Positions 18,525-28,048 of a stretch of 64,000 nucleotides of DNA are shown one piece after another. The notes under the pieces are model-generated. The model was not told the DNA's origin, made no database searches, and worked only from the letters and a program-made list of their open reading frames with translations. The stretch's first letter is position 1. The number at the start of each line of letters is the position of its first letter. The DNA lies in the NCBI GenBank assembly GCA_965221125.1, contig CBDCRW010000004.1:224001-288000 (forward strand), written 5' to 3'. The translations under genes and the position numbers were made by a program. Source of the stretch: Alphaproteobacteria bacterium (lineage in GTDB: Bacteria; Pseudomonadota; Alphaproteobacteria; UBA828).

Positions 18525-20612
18525 ATGAGCTATCGCATTGCCGTCGATACCGGCGGCACGTTCACCGATGTCGTGCTCGCCGACGAAGCGGGCCAGCTCA
18601 CCGTCGGCAAGGCGCTGACCACGACCGAGCGCACCTTCGAGGGATTTCGCGAGGCGCTCGCCAACGCCGGCGAGATCGTGGGCGTCGACTACGAGCGCCT
18701 GCTCGCCGAGACCGAGATGCTGATCTACGGCACCACGCGCTCCACCAACTCGATCATCGAGGGCAAGGTCGCGAAGACGGCGCTGCTCGCGACCGAGGGC
18801 TTTCCCGACACGCTGCTCTACCGCCACGGCGGCAAGCGCGAGCCGCTCAACCTCGCGATGGAGTTCCCGCCGCCCTACATTCCGCGCCGCCTCACCTTCG
18901 AGATCCCGGAGCGCATCAACGCCGAGGGCGGCGTCGAGCGCGCGCTGGACGAGGCGGCGGCACGGGCGATCATCGAGGGCCTGCCGCGCAAGCGGATCGA
19001 TGCGGTTGCGGTGGCGCTGCTCTGGTCCATCGTCAATCCCGACCACGAGCTTCGCATCGGCGAACTGATCGCCGAGATCGTGCCGGGCGTGCCGTATACG
19101 CTCTCGCACCAGCTCAACCCGATCATCCGCGAGTTCCCGCGCACGTCGTCGACCGCCATCGACGCCTCGCTCAAGCCGCTCATGCAGGCTCATCTGGCCG
19201 GGTTCGAGAGCGACCTGCGCGCCGCCGGCTGCGAGGGCGAGGTCCTCATCAGCACGTCGTCGGGCGGCGTCATGCACGTGGACGACGTGGTGGCGAAGCC
19301 GATCTACACCGTGAAGTCGGGCCCTGCGATGGGGCCGCTCGCCGGCATCGCCTACGCCGGCGCGGAGGCGCAGGGCGACGACGTGATCATCGTCGATACC
19401 GGCGGCACCACCTTCGACGTGAGCCTGGTCCGCAGCGGCCAGGTGAAATACACCCGCGACACGTGGCTATTGGGCGAGTGGATCGGCCACAACCTCGGCC
19501 TCTCCTCGGTGGACGTGCGGAGCGTCGGCGCCGGCGGCGGGTCCATCGCCTGGATCGATTCCGGCGGGCTGCTGCGCGTCGGCCCGCAGAGCGCGGGCGC
19601 GCGCCCCGGCCCCGCCTGCTACGGCCTGGGCGGCGAGGAGCCCACCGTCACCGACGCCGCCGTGGTGCTCGGCTACATCGACCCCGACTACTTCCTCGGC
19701 GGGCGCATGAGCCTCGACGTGGCGGCGGCAGGGCAGGCGATCGAGCAGGTGGCGGAGCCGCTCAAGCTCTCCGCCGAGGAGGCGGCGTCTGCCGTGCTCA
19801 CGCTCGCCGGCGAGCAGATGATCAAGGCGATCCAGGAGATCACGGTCCAGGACGGCGTGAACCCCGGCGAGAGTATCATCGTCGCCGGCGGGGGTGCCGC
19901 CGGACTCAACATCATCCCCATCGCCCAGGCTTTGGGTTGCCGCCGCGTGCTGCTGCCGCGCACGGCGGGCGCGCTCAGCGCCTGCGGCGGGCAGTTCTCC
20001 AACATCGTCACGGAGTTCAGCGCGAGCCGCTACGCGCACTCCAACACCTTCGATTTCGAGGGCGTCAGCGCGACGCTCTCCGGCATCGCTCAACGCATGG
20101 ACGCGTTCGAGGAGAAGCTGCGCGGCCGCAGCATCGAGCGCTTCGGGCGCGAGTATTTCGTCGAAGCCCGCTACATCAACCAGCAGTGGGAGATGGAAAT
20201 CCCCATGCCCATGGACCGCTTCGAGGGCCAGGCGGACGTGGAGCGGCTGGTGGAGGCCTTCCACGATGTCCACTTCCGCCGCTACGCGGTGAAGGAGGAG
20301 GGCGGCGCCATCGAGTGCATCAACTGGAAGGGCCGGATCACGGCGTTCCTCGACAAGCCGTCGTTCCCGACGGAAGCCGCGGCGGAGGCGCCCCTGCCCG
20401 CGCCGCGCCACACCACGCGGGCCTACTTCGGCGAGGCCGGAGCCTTGGACACGCCCTTCCATCTCGGCGATGATCTGCACGCAGGGATGGTGGTGCCCGG
20501 GCCGGCGATCATCGAGGAGCCCACGACCACGATCGTGGTCTATCCCGGCTCGTCGGCGATCGTGACCGCCGGGCGCAACTACCTGCTGGAGACCGGCGCC
20601 GCCGGCGCCTGA
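18525..20612 (+). CDS. Hydantoinase A/oxoprolinase-family subunit (pair 2)
   Basis: MSYRIAVDTGGTFTD start after GGGAG, plus SGPAMG, DTGGTTFD and GAGGGS motifs; true start lies inside the 1160-aa ORF call. Confidence 0.92.
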   Translation: MSYRIAVDTGGTFTDVVLADEAGQLTVGKALTTTERTFEGFREALANAGEIVGVDYERLLAETEMLIYGTTRSTNSIIEGKVAKTALLATEGFPDTLLYRHGGKREPLNLAMEFPPPYIPRRLTFEIPERINAEGGVERALDEAAARAIIEGLPRKRIDAVAVALLWSIVNPDHELRIGELIAEIVPGVPYTLSHQLNPIIREFPRTSSTAIDASLKPLMQAHLAGFESDLRAAGCEGEVLISTSSGGVMHVDDVVAKPIYTVKSGPAMGPLAGIAYAGAEAQGDDVIIVDTGGTTFDVSLVRSGQVKYTRDTWLLGEWIGHNLGLSSVDVRSVGAGGGSIAWIDSGGLLRVGPQSAGARPGPACYGLGGEEPTVTDAAVVLGYIDPDYFLGGRMSLDVAAAGQAIEQVAEPLKLSAEEAASAVLTLAGEQMIKAIQEITVQDGVNPGESIIVAGGGAAGLNIIPIAQALGCRRVLLPRTAGALSACGGQFSNIVTEFSASRYAHSNTFDFEGVSATLSGIAQRMDAFEEKLRGRSIERFGREYFVEARYINQQWEMEIPMPMDRFEGQADVERLVEAFHDVHFRRYAVKEEGGAIECINWKGRITAFLDKPSFPTEAAAEAPLPAPRHTTRAYFGEAGALDTPFHLGDDLHAGMVVPGPAIIEEPTTTIVVYPGSSAIVTAGRNYLLETGAAGA

Positions 20613-20623
20613 GGGAGGAAGCG

Positions 20624-22441
20624 ATGGCACAAGCACTCGCGGAAGCTGGGCGGGAGAACCGCATAGACCCGGTCCTGCTGCCGGTGATGGCGAACCGTAT
20701 GGACGCGGTCTGCCGCGAGATGACCAACACCATGCTGCTGGCGGCGCGCTCGTCCGTCATCGGCATGGCGCGCGACTTCTCCTGTGCGGTCATCACGTCG
20801 GACAATCAGGTACTCGCCGTGGCCGAGGGCTTCCCCATCCACGTCTGGGGCACCAACATCCAGACCAGGTCGATGCAGGACCTGCATCCCGACTATGCCG
20901 AGGGCGATGCCTACCTGCACAACGACCCCTACCTCGGCAACACGCACCCGGCCGACCACACCATCCTGGTGCCGGTGTTCCACGAGGGCGAGCACTTCTT
21001 CACCGTCGCCGTGAAGGCGCATCAGGCCGACGTCGGCAACAGCCTGCCCACCACCTACATGGCGCAGGCGGCCGACGTCTATCAGGAGGGCGCGCTGATC
21101 TTCCCCTGCGTGCAGGTGCAGCGCGACTTCAAGGACATCGACGACATCATCCGCATGTGCGAGCGCCGCATCCGCGTGCCGGAGCAGTGGTACGGCGACT
21201 ACCTCGCCGCCGTCGGCGCGGCCCGCATCGGCGAGCGCTCGCTCAAGGCCTTCATCGCCAAGTACGGCGCGCACACGGTGCGCCACTTCACCGAGGAGTG
21301 GTTCGACTACTCCGAGCGCCGCTGCATCGAGGCGATCCGCACGCTGCCCAAGGGCAAGCTCAAGGGCTCGCAGGCGCACGATCCGGTCGAGCCGTGGGTG
21401 CCGGACGGGATTCCCATCAACGTCACCATCGACATCGACCCCGACGCGGCGAAGGTGACGGTGGACCTGCGCGACAACATCGACTGCATCGATGCGGGGC
21501 TGAACCTCACCGAGACCACGTCCACCATGGCGGCGGTGCAGGGCGTGCTCACCTGCCTCGGCGAGGACCTGCCGCCCAACTCCGGCACCATGCGCCGCAT
21601 CGAGGTGCTGCTGCGCGAGAACTGCGCGGTCGGCATCCCGCGCTTCCCCCACAGCTGCTCGGTGGCGACCACGAACCTCACCGACGTGATCGTGAACGTG
21701 ACGCAGTCCGCCTTCGCCGAGCTCGGCGAGGGCCAGGGTTTTGCCCACGGCAACTACTGCAACTCGGCTGCGGCCGGCGTCGCATCGGGCACCGACTGGC
21801 GCAGGAACGGCGAGCCCTACATCAACCAGATGTTCATGATGGGCGGCGGCGGCGGCGCGTCGGCCGAGAACGACGGCATGCACTACCTCTTCGTGCCGGT
21901 GGCGGCGGGCCTGCTCTACCGCGACAGCATCGAGATCAACGAGCAGCGCTTCCCCGTGCTCATCGACAAGATGCACGTGATGACCGATTCCATGGGCCAC
22001 GGCCGCCGGCGGGGCGGGCCCGCCACCGAGGTCGTCATGGGACCGCGCAACGATCCCATGCGCATCCTCCATGTCTGCAACGGGCTCGAGAGCGCGCCCA
22101 AGGGCGTGCGCGGCGGCACCGGCTCGCGGCTCGGCGGCAACGCCAAGATCGCGCAAGACGGCTCGGAGCACCCCTACCCGGCGGTGATGGTCTGCGATCT
22201 CGAAGGCGGCGAGCGCCTGCGCGCGCGCGACCAGGGGGGCGGCGGCTACGGCACCCCGGCGGAGCGCGAGACCCATCGGGTGCTGAACGACGTGGCCGAG
22301 CGCTACATCTCGGCCGAGACGGCGCGCGCGGTCTATGGCGTCGCCATCACCGGCAGCGTGGACGACGACAGCCTCGCCGTGGACGAGGCCGCGACCGCCC
22401 GGCTTCGGGCCTCGATGAACGGCGGCGGCGCTCCGGCCTGA
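20624..22441 (+). CDS. Hydantoinase B/oxoprolinase-family subunit (pair 2)
   Basis: NDPYLGNTHPAD, HQADVGNSLP and GGGGYG motifs. Confidence 0.92.
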   Translation: MAQALAEAGRENRIDPVLLPVMANRMDAVCREMTNTMLLAARSSVIGMARDFSCAVITSDNQVLAVAEGFPIHVWGTNIQTRSMQDLHPDYAEGDAYLHNDPYLGNTHPADHTILVPVFHEGEHFFTVAVKAHQADVGNSLPTTYMAQAADVYQEGALIFPCVQVQRDFKDIDDIIRMCERRIRVPEQWYGDYLAAVGAARIGERSLKAFIAKYGAHTVRHFTEEWFDYSERRCIEAIRTLPKGKLKGSQAHDPVEPWVPDGIPINVTIDIDPDAAKVTVDLRDNIDCIDAGLNLTETTSTMAAVQGVLTCLGEDLPPNSGTMRRIEVLLRENCAVGIPRFPHSCSVATTNLTDVIVNVTQSAFAELGEGQGFAHGNYCNSAAAGVASGTDWRRNGEPYINQMFMMGGGGGASAENDGMHYLFVPVAAGLLYRDSIEINEQRFPVLIDKMHVMTDSMGHGRRRGGPATEVVMGPRNDPMRILHVCNGLESAPKGVRGGTGSRLGGNAKIAQDGSEHPYPAVMVCDLEGGERLRARDQGGGGYGTPAERETHRVLNDVAERYISAETARAVYGVAITGSVDDDSLAVDEAATARLRASMNGGGAPA

Positions 22442-22480
22442 AGGCGGCCGGGACGGCCAACCGGGCCACGCCGGCGCGGT

Positions 22481-22813
22481 TCAGAGCGCGGCGAGAGCGT
22501 CGGCCTGCGACGGGTAGACGGGGATCAGCTGTTCCATGCCGCTGAGCTTGATCACCTTGGCGATCGGTTTCGGCGGAGAGCACACGGCGATCCCGGCATC
22601 GCGCTTGTCGAGATCGGACGCCGTCATGAAGACGGCGCGAAGCCCCGCGCTGCCGAGGAACTTGAGCGCCTCGAAGTCCATGACCACGGCCCGGTCGCCG
22701 GCATCGATCTCGGCTCTGACCGTCCTGTAGAAGTCCGCGGCATTGGCGGATTCCAGCCGCCCGCTTGCAGAAACGATCAGCACGCCGTCGCGACGTTCGA
22801 ATTCCACATCCAA
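22481..22813 (-). CDS. STAS-domain anti-sigma factor antagonist
   Basis: SGRLESANA...MDFEALKFLGSAGLR STAS signature; probable TTG start after GGAGG. Confidence 0.85.
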   Translation of the reverse strand: MDVEFERRDGVLIVSASGRLESANAADFYRTVRAEIDAGDRAVVMDFEALKFLGSAGLRAVFMTASDLDKRDAGIAVCSPPKPIAKVIKLSGMEQLIPVYPSQADALAAL

Positions 22814-22955
22814 GGCACCCGCCTCCCCCTGTCGTGTCAGCGTAACGCCATACTTGTCCATATAGGGACGGAGCCATTGTACATTCAATTCCCTGGTGTG
22901 GGACCGGCCGCCGACGCCATGATCGCGCGCACGCCGCTCGGCCGCGCTGTAGGGG

Positions 22956-23996
22956 CTACGAGACGAGGGCCGCGAACAGGAGCCCGCTCAGGATCGCGCC
23001 GGCGATGCCAAAGCAGAGGTAGGCGGCGAACACCTGCCCGCGCACGATCGACCAGACGGCCACCATGGCCGGGATGCAGCTCACCGCGCCCGCTACCATG
23101 AATGCCATCGCGGCGCCCGAGCCCATGCCCTGCTCCATGAGGCCGGCGACGAGCGCGGGCGCGGCGTAGCCGTTGAGGTAGGCGGGCGCACCCACCAGCG
23201 CGCCGATCACGACGGGCCCCGGTCCCTCGCCGCCGACGACGCCGGCGATCATCTCGGCCGGCACGTAGGTGACGAGCAGACCCTCGATCAGATAGGCCAG
23301 CACGAGCCATTTCACGAGGAAGCGCGCGTTCGCGATCCCTTCGGCGCGGAATGCGGCCCGCCGGGCCGGCTCGCGCCAGAAGCGCCAGACGGGTTTGCCC
23401 TCTTCCAACCCGCTGGCGGTGCCGCAGCAACCGCCGCCCGCGCCCGGCCGGAGCGGTTCGGCGAAGGCGCCGCGCGAGACGAGGAGGCGCGCGCCAAAGC
23501 CGCCGAAGAGGCCGAGCGCCACCGCCGCAGCCGCCTTGCCCACCGCGAAGTCCCAGCCGAGTGCTGCGGCGGTGATGAGCATGCTCGACGGGTCGATGAG
23601 CGGCGAGGAGAGCCAGAACGCCATGATTGCCGAGAGCGGGACGCCCACGGCGAGCAGTCCTGCGATGAGCGGAATGACCTCGCACGAGCAGAATGGCGCG
23701 AGCCCGCCGATGAGCGCCGCGAGCACGATCATGCGCGTCTCGCGGCCCTCGAAGGCGCGGGGGACGAGCGCGGTGGCCCCTGTCGCCTTCAGCGCCGCGA
23801 TGAGCAGGACGGCTGCGGCGATGTAGGGCAGGGTTCCGGCGAACGCCTCGGCGGCGATGAGGAGGATGTCCACGACGTTCGCCGCATCCAGCAGCGCCAC
23901 CGCAAGCGGGATGACGAGGATCAGGGTCCAGGCGGACAGCACGCTCCGCGCGTTCGTGCGGAGGCCGTGGACGCTGCGAAGAACGAGCGCGGTCAC
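22956..23996 (-). CDS. DUF318/ArsP-family permease
   Basis: PFCSCEVIP motif, internal GGCCG loop, about 8 TM segments; GTGA overlap with the upstream arsR-like gene. Confidence 0.85.
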   Translation of the reverse strand: MTALVLRSVHGLRTNARSVLSAWTLILVIPLAVALLDAANVVDILLIAAEAFAGTLPYIAAAVLLIAALKATGATALVPRAFEGRETRMIVLAALIGGLAPFCSCEVIPLIAGLLAVGVPLSAIMAFWLSSPLIDPSSMLITAAALGWDFAVGKAAAAVALGLFGGFGARLLVSRGAFAEPLRPGAGGGCCGTASGLEEGKPVWRFWREPARRAAFRAEGIANARFLVKWLVLAYLIEGLLVTYVPAEMIAGVVGGEGPGPVVIGALVGAPAYLNGYAAPALVAGLMEQGMGSGAAMAFMVAGAVSCIPAMVAVWSIVRGQVFAAYLCFGIAGAILSGLLFAALVS

Positions 23997-24376
23997 CCCG
24001 TGTGTCCCTCCAGCGCGGCCCGCGCGGCACGGGCTTCGGGCGAGGGCCTGGCGTCGGCGCAGCACGCTTCCAGCAGGAAGGCGGCGAGGGCCTCGATGCG
24101 CCGATAGGCCGCGCGGTTGATGACGGTGCGGCCGCGGCGCTCCTGTTCGACCAGCCCGCCCGCAGCGAGAAACCCGAGGTGATGGGCGAGGGTCGACGCC
24201 GGGATGGCCGTGCGCTCCTGAATCTCGCCGACGGTGAGCCCCTCCGCGCCGGCGCGCACCAGCAGCCGCAGCACCATGAGCCTCGGCTCGGAGCCGCAGG
24301 CGGCGAATCCCTGCGCCGCTTCCTCCAGCGCCACGGCAGTCGGGGACAGCGCGTGAGTGTGTTGTCTCACATCCAT
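23993..24376 (-). CDS. ArsR/SmtB-family transcriptional regulator
   Basis: RLMVLRLLVRAG...IPASTLAHHL winged helix and C-terminal vicinal cysteines (EACCAD). Confidence 0.9.
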   Translation of the reverse strand: MDVRQHTHALSPTAVALEEAAQGFAACGSEPRLMVLRLLVRAGAEGLTVGEIQERTAIPASTLAHHLGFLAAGGLVEQERRGRTVINRAAYRRIEALAAFLLEACCADARPSPEARAARAALEGHTG

Positions 24377-24411
24377 ATAACTAGGTTTATAGTTTTGTTG
24401 GCGAATGTCAA
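24376..24411 (-). promoter_or_regulatory. Probable sigma70 leaderless promoter/operator of the arsR-permease operon
   Basis: TTGACA (24411-24406), 16-bp spacer, TAAACC about 7 nt before the ATG; imperfect palindrome TATAACTAGGTTTATA overlaps it. Confidence 0.5.
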
Positions 24412-24660
24412 GGGCTACCCTGCTTCAGAATCCATGCAATCCACGGTCTTCGGGAGTTGTGAGCGCGCGTCCGCTTTTGCTGCCGGCCGCGGGCTGGCTC
24501 CGGACCATGGTGCGGTGCACGGGGCAGGCGAGTGGGGGCAGGCTCTGCGGATGCAGCGCGCAGACCATCGCACGTCAGGGAAAGCCGGGCCGGAGCGGCT
24601 CGGGGGAGTCGGCTCGTCGCCGGGCGCTCGTCCAGCGGCCTCCCGCCGCCGCCGGGGACG

Positions 24661-24784
24661 GGCCAGCTTGGGCCATCTTGAGCCACCTTGTGCCACTTTG
24701 GGCCACTTTGTGCCGCCCGTTTCGGACCACCTTGGGCCACTTTGGACCACTTTGGACCGGCATAGACCGGAATGGACCGCTTTA
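24661..24784. repeat. Imperfect 10-bp tandem repeat array (consensus GGCCACTTTG/GACCACTTTG)
   Basis: Units GGCCAGCTTG, GGCCATCTTG, AGCCACCTTG, TGCCACTTTG, GGCCACTTTG, then after a short interruption GACCACCTTG, GGCCACTTTG, GACCACTTTG and decaying GACC units. Confidence 0.85.
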
Positions 24785-24814
24785 ATGCCGTTCCGTGAAA
24801 AACGGGAAAGCGCG

Positions 24815-25345
24815 CTAGGCCGCGAAGGTACCGAAGGCGCCGCGGGAGTAGAGCAGGGGCTCCTGGGCCGAGTCGGTGCGCACCGCCTGCACCCGGCCGG
24901 TGAGCACCGTGTGGGTCTCCGCCCGCAGCGTCTGGCCGAGCAGGCAGTCGAAGCTCGCGAGCGCGTCCATCAGCACCGGCGCGCCGGTGGCGAGCGTGCC
25001 CCAGTTGCCGGAGGTGAAGCGCTCGCCCACGCGCGAGGACGAGGCGAACTGCGCCGCGAGGTCCAGGTGCCGCTCGCCCAGCACGTTGACGCAGAAGACC
25101 CGGCTTTGCAGGGTCGGGTCGTGGGCACCGGCCTCGCGGTTGACGCAGGCGAGCAGCATCGGCGGTGCGGCGCTCAGCGAGCAGACGGCGGTGGCGGTCA
25201 ACCCGTTGCGCTGCGCGCCGATGGAGGTCGTGACGATGGTGACGCCGGCCGCGAGCTGGCGCATGCCCTCCCTGAAGTCGTCGGAATCGACCGCGACGAC
25301 CGGCGCGGCCAGGGAATCGAAATCGAAATCGTCCAACAGCGACAT
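24815..25345 (-). CDS. Flavin reductase (HpaC/RutF-like)
   Basis: FREGMRQLAAGVTIVTT, GLTATAVCSLSAAPP, THTVLTG and PLLYSRGAF motifs. Confidence 0.9.
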   Translation of the reverse strand: MSLLDDFDFDSLAAPVVAVDSDDFREGMRQLAAGVTIVTTSIGAQRNGLTATAVCSLSAAPPMLLACVNREAGAHDPTLQSRVFCVNVLGERHLDLAAQFASSSRVGERFTSGNWGTLATGAPVLMDALASFDCLLGQTLRAETHTVLTGRVQAVRTDSAQEPLLYSRGAFGTFAA

Positions 25346-25448
25346 GCAGCCCTCTCCCGGCGCGGCGCCAGCGCTCCCTCGCCGCCGCCGCATTATGAAG
25401 ACCGCCGCCGCAGGGGTCCACGGCGGGCGGGCGGCACGAGCGCCGCGC

Positions 25449-26093
25449 TCAGTACGCGACCGGGAGCGGGTCGAGGCTCCGCCACAGGTGCCAGACCGCG
25501 ACCGAGCGCCAGGGCCGCCAGCACGCGGCGCAAGCCTCCATCGCGTCCGTGCTCATCTTCCTGCCGTCGCCGTAGTGTCTGGCGATGGCGCGCTGCACGC
25601 CGATGTCGGCGAGCGGCAGCACGTCCGGCCGCTGCAGATGGAAGATCAGCACCATCTCGGCGGTCCAGCGGCCCACCCCCCTCAGCGCCAGCAGCTCGGC
25701 GATCACCGCGTCGTCGTCGGCCTCCTGCCAGCGGCCGGGGTCGATGTCTCCCGACACGAAGCCAGAAGCGATGTCGCGCAGGTAGCCGGCCTTGCGCCGG
25801 GTGAGGCCGGCGCCGTGCAGCGCTTCTTCCGCGTGGGCGGCGACGGCGGGCGGCGTGACGCTGCCTACGAGCGCTTCCAGGCGCGCCCAGATGCTGTCTG
25901 CCGCGTGTACCGATATCTGCTGCGCCACGATGGCGCGCGCGATGGTGAGAAAGGGGTCGCCCTGGCCGACCAGCCCCTCGCCCTCGTAGCGCGCGACGAG
26001 CCCCGCCATCACCGGGTCGGCTGCGGCGAGCGCATCGCGCGCCTCGTGCCAGTAGGCCGGCTGCCCCCGCGGCCCGCTCGCCCAGCGCGGCAT
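25449..26093 (-). CDS. alkA: DNA-3-methyladenine glycosylase II (HhH-GPD, AlkA-like)
   Basis: IVAQQIS, HhH LRGVGRWTAEM, PLADIGV and WRPWRS motifs. Confidence 0.88.
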   Translation of the reverse strand: MPRWASGPRGQPAYWHEARDALAAADPVMAGLVARYEGEGLVGQGDPFLTIARAIVAQQISVHAADSIWARLEALVGSVTPPAVAAHAEEALHGAGLTRRKAGYLRDIASGFVSGDIDPGRWQEADDDAVIAELLALRGVGRWTAEMVLIFHLQRPDVLPLADIGVQRAIARHYGDGRKMSTDAMEACAACWRPWRSVAVWHLWRSLDPLPVAY

Positions 26094-26126
26094 GGCGATC
26101 CTCTCCCTGTTCCCCGTCGGCCCGCG

Positions 26127-27062
26127 TCAGCGCCGGGCGAAGCTCGGCATGGGCTCCTCGATGCCTTCCGGGTCGGCGTGGATGAGGACCTCCGCGTGGG
26201 GGAAGGCCTCGCGAATCCGCGCTTCCACGTCGTCCGATATCTCGTGCGCGCGCAGCAGCGTGAGCGAGCGGTCCATCTCCACGTGGACCTGGATGAACGA
26301 ATCGAGACCCGAGCGCCGCGTCCGCAGGTCGTGGCAATCCAGCACCTCCGGGTGCTCCAGCACGATCCGGCGGATGCGCTCGCGGTCCTTCTCCGGCAGC
26401 TCGTGGTCCATCAGCTGCTGGATCGAGCTCCACGCGACGCGGAGCGCGGCATGGATGATGACGCCTGCGATCGCCATCGCGATGATCGGATCGGCGAGCC
26501 CCCAGCCCAGGGTCGTCGCCAGCGCCAGCGCCGCGATCACGCCGACGTTCATCAGGATGTCGGAGGCATAGTGCAGGGCATCGGCCCTGATCGCGGTGGA
26601 CCCGGTGAGCCGCACGACGCGGCGCTGGTAGGCCACCAGCGCCGTGGTAACGACGATGGCGAAGACCATCACGCCGATCCCCACCGGCGCGCGCGCGATC
26701 GGCTCCGGCTCCATGATGCGCCCCACCGCCTCGACGATCAGGAAGATCGCCGAGGCCGTGATGAAGAGCGCCTGGCCGAGGCCCGCCAGCGGCTCCGCCT
26801 TGCCGTGGCCGAAGCGGTGCTCGCGGTCCGCCGGCTGCAGCGCATGGCGCACGGCGAACAGGTTGATGAGCGAGGCCAGCACGTCCATCACCGAATCGGC
26901 CAGCGACGAGAGCAGGCTCACGGAATCCGTGACGAGCCAGGCGCCGAGCTTGGCGGCGATCATCAGGGCGGCGGCTGCGACCGCGAGATTGGTCGCACGC
27001 CGCATCAGCCGGCGCGCGCGCTCGGGCTGGGTCCTGGGGCCGCTCGGGATTTCGGGTTTCAC
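26127..27062 (-). CDS. fieF: Cation diffusion facilitator transporter (FieF-like)
   Basis: SLADSVMD, PADREHRFGHGKAE, ADALHY and HDLRTR...IHADP motifs. Confidence 0.9.
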   Translation of the reverse strand: MKPEIPSGPRTQPERARRLMRRATNLAVAAAALMIAAKLGAWLVTDSVSLLSSLADSVMDVLASLINLFAVRHALQPADREHRFGHGKAEPLAGLGQALFITASAIFLIVEAVGRIMEPEPIARAPVGIGVMVFAIVVTTALVAYQRRVVRLTGSTAIRADALHYASDILMNVGVIAALALATTLGWGLADPIIAMAIAGVIIHAALRVAWSSIQQLMDHELPEKDRERIRRIVLEHPEVLDCHDLRTRRSGLDSFIQVHVEMDRSLTLLRAHEISDDVEARIREAFPHAEVLIHADPEGIEEPMPSFARR

Positions 27063-27215
27063 GCCGGCTGCTTATAGCACGGCCACGGCGGATGGCCGTA
27101 TCGGGCAGCGGAACAGGGACGATCCGGGCTGCTGGAGGCACATGCACGTTGCGGCGCCGCGGGTTTCGTGTAGGATGCGGCAACACACCGGAAATCAAGG
27201 CAAAACGAGGCTTCG

Positions 27216-28031
27216 ATGGCGGATGCTTCGCCGCTGATGGCGGGCAAGCGGGGCATCGTGATGGGCGTCGCGAACGCGCGCTCGCTTGCCTGGGGCGTGG
27301 CCAGGTCCCTCGCCGACCACGGCGCGGAACTGGCCTTCACCTACCAGGGCGAGGCGATCGAGAAGCGGCTCCGGCCGCTCGCCGAATCGGTGGGCTCCGA
27401 TTTCCTGCTCCCCTGCGACGTGACCGACCGGGCGAGCATGGACGCCACCTTCGAGGCGCTCGCCGGGCGCTGGAGCAGCCTCGATTTCCTCGTCCACGCC
27501 ATCGCCTACTCCGACAAGGAGGAGCTGAAGGGGCGCTATCTCGACACCTCGCTCGAGAACTTCCAGAACACGCTCCAGGTCTCCTGCTATTCGTTCACCG
27601 AGCTCTGCCGGCGCGCCGTCGCGCTGATGGGGGACGGCGGCGGCGGCCTGCTCACGCTCACCTACATGGGGGCCGAGCGCTGGGTGCCGCACTACAACGT
27701 CATGGGCGTCGCCAAGGCCGCGCTGGAGGCGAGCGTGCGCTACCTCGCCGCCGATCTCGGCGATCGCAACATCCGGGTCAACGCGATCTCCGCCGGCCCC
27801 GTCAAGACGCTGGCCGCGTCCGGCATCGGCGATTTCCGCTACATCATGAAGTGGAACGAGCTGAACTCGCCGCTCAAGCGCAACGTCACCATCGACGAGG
27901 TGGGCGGCGCCGCGACGTATCTCCTCAGTGACCTCGGCCGGGGCGTCACCGGCGAAGTCCACCACGTCGACTGCGGCTATCACATCGTCGGCATGAAGCG
28001 GCCGGACGCGCCCGACATCTCGGTGGTCTAG
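27216..28031 (+). CDS. fabI: Enoyl-ACP reductase FabI
   Basis: [23 protein letters not shown] and [13 protein letters not shown] motifs. Confidence 0.96.
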   Translation: MADASPLMAGKRGIVMGVANARSLAWGVARSLADHGAELAFTYQGEAIEKRLRPLAESVGSDFLLPCDVTDRASMDATFEALAGRWSSLDFLVHAIAYSDKEELKGRYLDTSLENFQNTLQVSCYSFTELCRRAVALMGDGGGGLLTLTYMGAERWVPHYNVMGVAKAALEASVRYLAADLGDRNIRVNAISAGPVKTLAASGIGDFRYIMKWNELNSPLKRNVTIDEVGGAATYLLSDLGRGVTGEVHHVDCGYHIVGMKRPDAPDISVV

Positions 28032-28048
28032 GCGCGGCGAGCGCCGCC

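Noticed and set aside
17130-20612. 1160-aa ORF suggesting a fused giant hydantoinase
   Set aside because: The N-terminal part is an off-frame shadow of the Fe-ADH gene; the true start is ATG 18525 with an RBS.
24661-24784. CRISPR array
   Set aside because: Units are 10 bp, contiguous and lack unique spacers; no cas genes are present.
24002-25804. Several long ORFs crossing the decamer array
   Set aside because: No recognisable domains; they overlap real genes in other frames, and their repeat-like peptides derive from the DNA repeat.
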